Source: Fonticula alba ATCC 38817
Lineage: Eukaryota; Protista; Nucleariida
Length of the DNA stretch: 22,060 nt
Direction: 5' to 3' (one strand)
Assembly (NCBI GenBank): GCA_000388065.2
Contig: KB932215.1
The translations under genes were made by a program, and so were the position numbers. The notes under the pieces are model-generated. The model was not told the origin of the DNA. It was given only the letters and a program-made list of their open reading frames with translations, and made no database searches. The first letter of the stretch is position 1. Each line of letters opens with the position of its first letter. Below are positions 10,565 through 19,672 of the stretch, piece by piece.

Positions 10565-10788
10565 CTACGCAGAAGCCAAGGCCCCCGGCGGTGTCCGCAG
10601 CACGGGGCGCGGTCGCGTCCACGGTGCCGGCCGCGGTCGGGCGCCGGCAGCAGGGCGCTCGTGCGCACCCGCGCACGGGGCGGGCGACGGTCAGTGAGCG
10701 GTCTCAGGCAGCCGGCCTCCAGGGGGGGGGGGGGGGGGAGGGGCCGGCGCAGGGGCGAAGTTCGGCGAGTGCCAGTGGCCGCGCGCAC
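10565..10788 (-). other. Predicted 224-nt 5'-UTR intron of the 117-aa gene
   Basis: AG|GTGCGC donor matches the local consensus, CACTGAC branch-like motif near 10695, CTGCGTAG| acceptor, then a C23 tract and the ATG. Confidence 0.65.
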
Positions 10789-10863
10789 CTAACGGGGTAA
10801 ATGGAACTCTTTTGGCTTGCTGATGCCCCTGTGCCACGCTGCTCCGGCGCCGGGCACCGGCCT

Positions 10864-10871
10864 CTTATATA
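10864..10871 (-). promoter_or_regulatory. TATA box (TATATAAG) of the 117-aa gene; a CCAATCG box lies at 11151-11157
   Basis: Consensus TATA in a GC-rich background, about 75 nt upstream of the UTR-intron donor. Confidence 0.6.
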
Positions 10872-12349
10872 GGCCCGGCCGCGCTGGCGCCCTTCCCGCA
10901 GCCCATGGCGCCGGGCTGCTCGACACATGGGCCCCATGCCATCGGCGCGGCCCGGCCCCGGCGGGCGCCCCCCCCCCTCGCCCCCGGCCGGGAGTGTGCC
11001 CCGAGGGCGATCCCGCACGGAGACGCGCATCCGGCCTCCGGGCGCAGGGCAAGCTCCCCCCTCGGCAGGAGGGCCCCCCCCCCCCCTGAAGGTGGGGACC
11101 GGCCAGGGCAGGAAAAAAAAGCCACAAAAAGGCCGCCCCGAGGCCCGGACCGATTGGGGCCCCCGCGAGCGGACCAGCGCCGCCGATGCGCCCGGCCATG
11201 GCGGACCAAGGGGGCTCATGGTGAAAAAAAAAATGGCACAAGATGGTCCGACGCCTGGCCCCCCACCCCCCGCACCGGCGCCCCCGCGATCGGCCGCGGC
11301 CTGCGGGTGTGGGGCCGGCACGCCCCAGGCGAGTTAACCCCGCCGCCGGGCCCTCGGGCGCGATTAATGCCCGCTTAATTGATCGCCCGGCCCCCCGTCG
11401 GGCCCCCTGCCGCCGTTGCCCCCCCCCCCCCCCTGGCTGGTGGAGGGACTTCCGGGGCGCCCCTCCGCACCGGCACAGGACCCCGGCAGGCCGCCGTGCA
11501 CATGGCGATGAGCAGCCCCGCCCACACAGCAGCGGCCGGGGGCCGGCAGACCGAGGCGGCCGGCGAGGCCCCACTGCCGGGCACATGCCCGCCCCTGTGT
11601 GCCGAGGGGCGATCCCCGCCGGGGCTCGCGCGCCCGGACTTCGAGCGGGCTGACCCATGCCGGACGTGCCGCACCTGGACCGCCGGGGGGGAGCCCACAG
11701 CAGCGGCAGCAGCGCCGGCGCCGACCACACGGACACACACGGGCGAGAGGCCAGGGCGACGCCACGGCCCACCGGGGGCACCCTGCCGGAGCACGGGGCA
11801 CTGCACGTCGCCGGCCCGGTGGCGGCTCGCCTCGTGCCGCGCACGGCATCCCGATGGCTCAGCATCGGGGAACCCCCCTGCGCAGCAAAAGAGAGGGGGC
11901 CGGGGCCTTTACCTGCTGCTCGCTCGCGCACGCACACCCGCCCCCTTGGCGCCCGCACGGCCGGCGGGAGAGGGTCCAGCCGGGCGCCGCCGCCAGCCCC
12001 CACCGGGCACCCCCCGCCCGTCCGACAGGCCCGCCCAGAGGCCCCAGTCGGTCCGGTCCAGCAGCGCAGGCCCGCCCGCCAGGGGCCGCAGTCCGGCATC
12101 ACGCCCTCGTGCCCGGCCCCCGGCGCGCCGCCCGGCAAATGGCGCAGCGGTGCCCTGCGGCGGCCCGGGGTGGCCTGCACGCCGGCCGGCCGGTGCCGGT
12201 CGCCGCTACGCATGTCCAGCGCGGGCCTCCCTGGCGAGGGGGGGGGGGGGGCGGCCGGCCCCCCACAAGCCGCCAGGCGTCGGCCGGCTCGGCGCGGTCC
12301 TGGCTGCGGCCCCCGCGCGCCGGCAATCCAAAAAAAAAAAAGACCCCCA

Positions 12350-12443
12350 CCGACGGACGAACGCTGCCCGGGCCTGTCCTGCTCTCGCCTCTCGGTCCAT
12401 GGTGGTCGCCCGCTCCCGGCCCCGGGAGACCGCCCACGATTGG
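12350..12443 (-). other. Candidate gene start (CCAAT box, strong Kozak ACCACCATGG, MDREARAGQARAAF...) with unresolved downstream exons toward ~11400
   Basis: CCAAT at 12443-12439, ATG at 12400 and GT donors near 12355. A 35-nt GTAAAG..polypyrimidine..CAG intron-like element lies near 11880-11915. I could not assemble a convincing protein. Confidence 0.2.
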
Positions 12444-14083
12444 GCGCGCGCCGCCACATGCCGTTTGGTGTTGCCGCCAGCACACACATACATCAGCGCG
12501 CGGCCACCGCGGGCAGCGCGTGCGCCGGCCATTCCCCCCGCCGTGCATGCGGCCGCCCTCCGACGCCCGGGGGCCCTGCTTGCCGGCCACAACCGCGCCG
12601 CACCCCCCCCCCCCCCCTCGCGCCGGTCCTCCATCCGAATCGGGGCTCGGCCGGCCCCGGCTGGCGCAAGGTTGCGCGTCCGAACGGCCGGCGCCAAAGA
12701 CACCGGCCCCAGCCGGGCCCAGCCGGGCCCACGCGCCTGGACGCATGTGCACGCCGACCATGCCCTGCCACCTCCGGCACTCGGGCCCTAGTCCTGCTGG
12801 CCATGCCATCCCCGGGAGGCCCCGCCAACGTGCAGCCCGCCCGGCCCCGAGTCGCCCGCCGCCGGGGCCCGGGGAGGATGGCCGCCGAACAGGCCCGGCG
12901 CCCAGGCGCGGCCGCCCGCGCCGGCCGCCCGCCCGCCCCTGGAGCCATCGGACGCGCGGGGGCCATCCACGCGCGGCCGCAGCCGCCGGCTAGACTTCGC
13001 CCCGCTCGGCCCCGGGCCGAGGCCGATGCCGTGCCGCCGCCGCCGCCAGCACAGGTGTGGCCAGCCCCGACCGGCGCTCCCAGTCCGCCGCATCGGCCGC
13101 GAGGGGCCCGTCCCCACGAGGATAGCCCACGCCGGCCATCCGGGCGTCGCACCCGGCCCCCCTCCTGAGAGCCCCCGGCACAGCCACCCCGCGCCCGCCC
13201 GGCGAGCAGCCCCGGCATCGCCCTGCTTGTCCGTCGATACACACACGCATATGCCCATGCGGGGGCTTGCATGTGTCCCGCGCATGGCCCGCCGCGGGGA
13301 AACCCTGCCCGCGGCCATGCGGCCGGCTGCCGCAGGACATCGTCTGCCCCCGGCGCATGCCCGACCCACCATCGGCACCCGCGTCACGCACGCGAGCTCG
13401 CCCGAGCCCCCGCCCCCCGCCCGTCCATGCGTCGCGAGATGCCGCCTCCGCGGGACGCGCTGGCCCGCGCTCCGGCACGGGGAGCGAGCCCTCCCCCCCC
13501 CCTCCCCCGGGCCAGCACTCGCCACCCTCCGCGCCACCTCGGCCGGGCAAACGGGCCATCCATTCCCGGTGGCTTTATTGGCTGGCCGGCGCCCGCAGGC
13601 AGGACGCCAATCGGCGTTGGACATGGGGCACAGTCGCACGCGCCTCCCCGTGCACGACGCACACCAAAAGCACCGGGTCGCGTCCGGGCCCGAGGGCCTC
13701 GCACGCGGCCCCCCTCAGCAGGTCGCCCCTGCGGGGTCCGGGCCACCTCGACCGGCGTATCACGCCCGGCAGGCGCCCCGGGCCCGCGGCCCCCGGGCCC
13801 CGTCCACACAGCCCCCCTCTACACGTCGGTGCCGGGAGCCGGGGCATCGCGTGAGCATGGGGCCCGAGCAAAGGGCCGCCCCTGCCGTGGCTCGAGGGTA
13901 CCCTCGTCGGGGGACAGGCCATCGCGGCCGACCATCGGACGGGCCCGCGCGGCACGGCGGCCGGCGGGCTCGAGCCCGGCGTCGCCAGGGCCCCGCCGAG
14001 GCCGCCGCTCGGGCCAGCCCCGCACCGGCCCCGGCCGGCCATCTTAAATGTCGTCGTCATGCAGGGGCGGCAGCTCACGACCG

Positions 14084-14840
14084 TCAGCGACGCCGACACG
14101 CCCTCCCGGCCCGGCGACACGGCCACGCGCCCCTCCCCCCCTCCCCCGGCTGCCGGCCGGCATCCTCCTCGTACCAGCCGAAGCAATCATACTCCTCGTC
14201 CGAGCACGACAGGTCCTCCATGTCCGAGAAGTAGTCGACAAAGGTGTCGCCGATCCGGGCCGGCTCCGGCCTCGAAACGAACGACACATAGTAGGTGGCA
14301 ATCCGCTCGGCCAGCACCCCGGCCTGGTGCTGCGCGGCGCGGCGCGGCGCGGCGAAGGGGCCAGTCAGTCCTCCGGCCGACCGGCCGCCCGGGCCCCGCC
14401 CTCGCCCCTGCGTGCATGTGCGCGCGCGCGCGTGCAAATGTGTGCACCTACCTCCTGGCCGCCCAGGAGCACCAGGCGCTTGCGCAGGGCCCCGAACAGA
14501 AAGGCCGTCGGATCCACCCCGGAGGGCATCATGCCGAGCGCATGCGCCAGCGCGTCCCAAATTTGCTCGTACATGTCCTCCATCTGCACCGGGCCGGGCC
14601 CATGGCCGGCGACACCACGCGGCACGCTGCACCGTCAGCAAGAGGGCCATGCCCCGGCCGGCAATGCCCCGCAGCACGGGCCCCGGTCTCGCCCGCTCCC
14701 TCCCTCCGGCGGAGACATACCTCAAGCCTCGAGTCCACCGACAGGGCGTAGTACCCGTACTTCAGGGTCGCGTCCAGCCACTCGGACACCATCTTGTCCA
14801 GGGGGGTGGCGCTGGCGCGGGGGCTGCAGAAGTCAGACAT
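14084..14840 (-). CDS. Hypothetical ~163-aa protein; exons 14840-14721, 14583-14452, 14323-14084; helical N-domain plus acidic D/E-rich tail; C-terminus uncertain
   Basis: MSDFCSPRASATPLDKMVSEWLDATLKYGYYALSVDSRLE|MEDMYEQIWDALAHALGMMPSGVDPTAFLFGALRKRLVLLGGQE|AGVLAERIATYYVSFVSRPEPARIGDTFVDYFSDMEDLSCSDEEYDCFGWYEED... Two phase-0 introns (GTATGT..CAG, GTAGGT..CAG) with CTGAC branch motifs. AATAAA at 13579-13574 is a possible poly(A) signal. Confidence 0.8.
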
Positions 14841-14858
14841 CGTGGACGATGCTCGGGC

Positions 14859-14900
14859 GGCGGACGGCGGACGGCGGACGGCGGACGGCGGACGGCGGGC
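14859..14900 (+). repeat. 7-bp tandem repeat (GGCGGAC)5 plus one degenerate copy, in the 5' leader of the 14840 gene
   Basis: Read directly; ends 19 nt upstream of the ATG. Confidence 0.9.
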
Positions 14901-16969
14901 GGGGGGCGGGGGCGGCAAGATACAAAAAGGGGGGGCGCTTCGTTGCATGCGACGAAGCAGTAGTGAAGGGAGAAAGCCTGATTGCCCGCACCATGGCCCG
15001 GCGGCGCCTGCCGGTGCTGCCTTATGTACACTTGCTGCAGCCGGCTCGCCGCCCGAGCGCCCGCCACCCGGCGTCGCCCTGCCCCCTCGCCCGGGCGCAC
15101 CCCCGACAAGCCGGGCCGCGCCCCTATGCTGGCGCACCGCACCGCCCGGGCGGGGGCCGGCCGAGCCAGGCGGCACCCAAGGCCCGGAACACGCCCGGGC
15201 CCTCACCGTCGGCCAGCAGTCGGCCCTCCTGCCCCCGAAGGGGCCGCGCATCCACCGGCGACCGTTGCCAAGGAGGGCGCGAGGGCTTTTCCAAATGCAC
15301 CGCACCCACCGGCGCATGCGGAATCCCCGGCCCGGGCCGACCAAGGCCAACTCGCCCCCCGGGCGGGGGACACACCAGACGCAGATGCCCCACGCATGCC
15401 AGGCGCCCGGCTGCCCGCCTGTTGTGCACCCCGGCACCGGCCCGCGGCCACACACACCGCCGGAGGAAGCCCCGCCCCCGGGGGCCCGGCCAGGCGGGCC
15501 GAGAACACCGCCCCGGCCCCCGCCCCCGCCTCGCCCTGCTGGCACGGCCCGCTCGCGGCCACCGGCCTTTGTGCGCGGTGCCGGAGCACACGACGCCCCG
15601 CCCTCCTCACCCGCAATCGAGCCCCCGGGCGGCCACTCGCCCCGCCTCCCCGCGCGCCCGAGGCCGACGGCACCCCGCGCCGGGGAGCTCGCCCTGTGGA
15701 CTACGCGCCCTGGCCACCAGGTGGGCATCGCCCGCCCGGCACGGCCCAAGCCCGCATGCCCACATGGGCCTGGTGCAAGGGGGGCCAGCCGCCCTCCTGG
15801 GGAGGGGTCAGGCCCGCAGCAAGGGGCAGCTCCCATGCTCCGGAACCGGCGCCGCTTCCGGCCGGAAAGACTGGCCGCCCGCGCCCAGGGTGCCCATAAA
15901 CCGGGCTCCCGGCCTGGCCAGTGCATCTGCGCCGCGCCGCGCCCGCCCGACCGCCCGACCGCCGGCGAGGCGCCCCCTCTGCCGGGGCCACATGCGGCCG
16001 CGCGGCCCGGCCAGCCGAGGATAGCCCGCCTGCTCGGCTGGCATGCCGGTGCCGCCGCGGATGCGCGGAAAAAATCCCCCGCCCCCCGCTCTTCTTTTTC
16101 CCCTGAGAGAAGGCCCGAGAATGACCTCGTCACGCCCCGAGCATGCGGGGCCGAAATAATGCCCCTGCTGCTGGAGCCCCGCCGGCGGAGGCCAGCCCCC
16201 GGGGGGGGGGGGGGGGGGGAACTCAAGCGGGCGTAAAAGGAAACCCTCCCCTCCGCCGAGACCAGGCATCCCCATCCGGGCGCGTGAGGCGGCCAGTCGG
16301 GCAGGCACCGGCCGCCTCCAACGGGCAGCCAGGCCCCCGGCCGAGGGCGGGGAGGCCCCGCGCGCCAGGTGCCCCGGGCGCAGCGCGCACCGGCCGACAA
16401 CCGCCGAGCGGCCGGCGGATGGCGGAACCCCCCCCCGCCCCCTTGGGCCTCTTGGACCACAGGCCGATCGAGGGCTAAGCCACTTGTGCCTCTCACCCCG
16501 CAAGGGCCCACCTGCCGCGGGACCGAGGGCCGGGAAAGCGGGGAGACACGCGGCCGCCATCGAGGGCTCCCCGGCGCGGGGGATGCCCGGGGGCGCCGGC
16601 TCGAGTGTTTCCCCCACAATGGCCACCGGGCCGGAGCCGGCCGCCGGACCGCCGCACGCCTGACAGCCGTCATCCTCGCGCGGCGCCCCGGTCCGGCTTA
16701 ACTCATGCCCGCGTTAATCGAGCAGCCCGCGCGTGATCTCCAGGCCCATGACCGGGCCGGGCGGCGACGGCCCCGGGTGTCCGGCCTGGCCCGCCTCGGG
16801 CGGCGGACGCCCAGCCAAAGAGCCGCCCTGCCCGGTGCATCCGCGCCATCGGCCGGGGACTCGGCGGAACACGAGAAGGACCGCCTGGCTTCCGGGCGCC
16901 TGGCCCATGGGCGGCGGCCCCAATGGCGCCGCCAGGTGCCTCACAGGCGCAACGACCGATCGTCGGACC

Positions 16970-16972
<3 letters not shown>

Positions 16973-17033
<61 letters not shown>

Positions 17034-17043
17034 GGAGAGAGAG
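16973..17043 (+). repeat. (GA)n microsatellite
   Basis: About 70 nt of near-perfect GA repeats. Confidence 0.95.
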
Positions 17044-17580
17044 GCAGGAGGAAGGGCGAGTACATGGCCGTGCGGGTGTGCAGGGGCGAAAGCGCGTGCG
17101 TGCGCACACGTGCCCCGGTCGCGCGGGCCCGTGTGCAGGATGGCGCGGCGGCCGGCTGCTTCGAGCACGAGCCCTGCCCAGCCGGCAGGGGGCGGGAGAA
17201 GCGGCGCCGCATCGGTGCCAGCCGGGGCCAGGCGCTGTGCAGACCACGCGTCCGGCCTGCCAGCCAGGGCCGCGGTGTCCTGCCGGGCTGGCAGGAGGAT
17301 CGCCATCCCCAGCAGGCCAGAGGGCCGCTCGAAGGTGCCCGTCCGGGGTCCACGCGCGCAAACGCCGCGACAGGACACCGGCCGGCCCGTGTCTCCCGGC
17401 CCCTCCCGGGGGCAGCACATGCCCGCCTGCCGGCCGACCGCAACCGCCAGAGAAGGGCCTCGCCCGCATGGCGGACATGTGCCACCGGGGGCCCGGCCCA
17501 CACGCAAGGGTGCATCCGGGTACACCCGGGCCCATGGGTGCATTTAGGTAATAGGCGCAGCGATCCGCAGACACACAGAC

Positions 17581-17652
17581 AAGCATACGCAAGCATACGC
17601 AAGCATACACAGGTATACACAGGTATACACGTATTTACAAGAATAGACAAAA

Positions 17653-17683
<31 letters not shown>

Positions 17684-17695
17684 AATGTACACACA
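17581..17695 (+). repeat. 10-bp tandem repeats (AAGCATACGC/AGGTATACAC)x5 followed by (CA)n, just downstream of the HTH-repeat gene stop
   Basis: Read directly. Confidence 0.85.
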
Positions 17696-17731
17696 CCCAA
17701 CAAACAATCCACACCCCACGCATGGCAGCCG

Positions 17732-19672
17732 TCACATGTATTTCTGATACTCCTTGCTCAGCTTCGCCTTCTCACCACACCGGTGCTTGGCCGGGTCGCC
17801 CGACACCGCCGGCGTCAGCCGCTGAATCGCCTCGAACAGACGCCCACAGGGATGCCGCGCGTAATATGGCAGCTTGAAAGCCTGGCCGATGCCCCGGTGG
17901 TACTTCACCAGCGAGTTGACCACCTGCGGCAGGGCACAGCCCAAATCCGCCGCCAGCTGGTGCAACGGCTCCACGTACGGCCGGTGGATGGCCACATCCA
18001 GCAACATGGGCAGCTTGGCCTCCGGCACGAACATCCCCCCGGGGCCGGACCCGGCCTCCGGGGGCAGGGCCAGGAAAAAGTACTCCGGACAATACCGATG
18101 CAACAGGGAGTACGTCCGATCCGGGCAGAGGACCAATTGCTGGGCAATGTCCCGGACCGTGTGCAACATGCGCCCGCCGGCCGGGTGCACCTGCCCCCCC
18201 AAGCGCCGCAAATGTCGCACCTCCGACTCCGGCAAATCCAACACCACACGCCCGTCCTGCCACAAGCGCCGGCATTCCTCCACCCCGGCCAGGGTCCGGG
18301 CCACTGCTTGGTTTGTTATCCCCAACGACCGGGCCATCTCGGCCTTGGTCAGCGGCGGCCGCAGGCCCGCCGGCCCCAGCAGCTGGTCCACCACCCGGCC
18401 ATCCATCCCCAGGACCAGCGACCGGAGGTCCTGCTCGGCCCTGGCGGCCCCGCGGTCAGCCGGCCGGCAGCCCGGCGCCTCGGGCACCGGCCGATCGCTC
18501 GGACGCACCGGCGACCCGACCGGCAAAAAGCGCCGCGCATAGTCCGAGAAGCTGATGCTGACATCGGCCTTCGGCAGGGACAGATGTCGCACCGGCCGGT
18601 CGTAGTCACCCGGCAGGATGACCGCCGGCTCATAGTACTTGATGTACCACCGGATCCGGGCCACCGAGAGCCTCAACTCGGCCGCCATCTCCCGCAGGCT
18701 CATGCACCGGCTGTGAAGGAGCTCCCGCAGTTGGGTCTGCTTGTTCGGCGACAGTGGCCCCCAATACCGGATGGCATACTCCGCATGCAGGCCGGGCCCC
18801 AGCATATCGATCGCCGGCAGGGACACCCCGGTGGCCTTGGAAATCTGGTACCGCGCAAGGGTCGGCCCCGACACCATCAGCATCTCACGCAGGGCATCCA
18901 TCTGGGCCTGCGGCCTCGGTGACACCAGCACGTCCCGATGCTCGGGCATGTGCTTCTGCAGGGCAAGCGACAATTGCCGCCACGACACCGACAGCATGAT
19001 GGCCATCTGGTCGATGGACAGCCGCGGCACCACGGCCATCAGCTGCCGCAGCCGAGACAGGCACACATGCTCGTCGGTGGCCAAGTCCGGCAGATGGGCC
19101 TTCAGCAGGGGATTCACCCGGGCCAGGGGCAGCCGCAGCAGCCGTGCCAGGGTGATGCCCAGCACCGGCGGGGCCCGCTGGGCCAGCGCCAGCAGATCCT
19201 CGAGCACCGGGTCCCCGGGGCCCACCCCCGGCGACTTGGCCCTCGATGGCCACGGCCCCGGCGCGATCCCATACTCCCAGCCATACTCCACCAGGAGGAC
19301 CCTCGTCGAGGCCCGGTCCAGGCCCATCAGCCGGCCGACAGTCCCGATGGGGACTATCGGCTCCTGGCTCTTCGGCGGCCCGGCCAGCCGCAACAGCAGC
19401 CGGAAGTGCGACACATCGTCAAATCCCTGCGGCAGGGGAACCCGCCCGGACTCGATGTCCCGGCAGAGGCGCTCCCCGGCACAGAGACCCTCCCGGTCAG
19501 CCGCGGCCTGGGCATCTGCCCTGCGGGCGGCGGGGGCGGCGGGGGCGGCGGGGGGGGCGGGGGCGGTGGAGGAAAGCCACGCGCGCTCGGCGCCGGTCAT
19601 CGCCGCCACCCCGAGCCCGGGCTCCGGGGGCGTCGGCCGCCGCCACCATGCTCGGCCAATGTGAGCAAGCAT
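17732..19672 (-). CDS. Intronless 646-aa protein with about eight tandem helix-turn-helix-like repeats and a putative mitochondrial targeting presequence
   Basis: Uninterrupted ORF with strong codon bias from MLAHIGRAWWRR to EYQKYM*. Recurring pattern ls/txx(E/D/Q)(M/I/L)Axx(L)g(V/L/I)sxxx(V/I)xxxLxx(Y/H)xP, e.g. LSIDQMAIMLSVSWRQLSLALQKHMP, MSLREMAAELRLSVARIRWYIKYYEP, LTKAEMARSLGITNQAVARTL, HTVRDIAQQLVLCPDRTYSLLHRYCP. The CDS call is firm; the fold call is by pattern only. Confidence 0.85.
   Translation of the reverse strand: MLAHIGRAWWRRPTPPEPGLGVAAMTGAERAWLSSTAPAPPAAPAAPAARRADAQAAADREGLCAGERLCRDIESGRVPLPQGFDDVSHFRLLLRLAGPPKSQEPIVPIGTVGRLMGLDRASTRVLLVEYGWEYGIAPGPWPSRAKSPGVGPGDPVLEDLLALAQRAPPVLGITLARLLRLPLARVNPLLKAHLPDLATDEHVCLSRLRQLMAVVPRLSIDQMAIMLSVSWRQLSLALQKHMPEHRDVLVSPRPQAQMDALREMLMVSGPTLARYQISKATGVSLPAIDMLGPGLHAEYAIRYWGPLSPNKQTQLRELLHSRCMSLREMAAELRLSVARIRWYIKYYEPAVILPGDYDRPVRHLSLPKADVSISFSDYARRFLPVGSPVRPSDRPVPEAPGCRPADRGAARAEQDLRSLVLGMDGRVVDQLLGPAGLRPPLTKAEMARSLGITNQAVARTLAGVEECRRLWQDGRVVLDLPESEVRHLRRLGGQVHPAGGRMLHTVRDIAQQLVLCPDRTYSLLHRYCPEYFFLALPPEAGSGPGGMFVPEAKLPMLLDVAIHRPYVEPLHQLAADLGCALPQVVNSLVKYHRGIGQAFKLPYYARHPCGRLFEAIQRLTPAVSGDPAKHRCGEKAKLSKEYQKYM

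Noticed and set aside
17783-18922. Plus-strand ORFs overlapping the HTH-array gene (also 18938-20077 and 3881-4831 over UPF1)
   Set aside because: These are antisense shadows produced by the strong GC3 codon bias of the real minus-strand CDS.
17732-19672. HTH-array protein as a transposase or sigma factor
   Set aside because: No DDE/HUH/tyrosine-recombinase catalytic region, no terminal repeats or target-site duplication seen, and no sigma region 2 motif.
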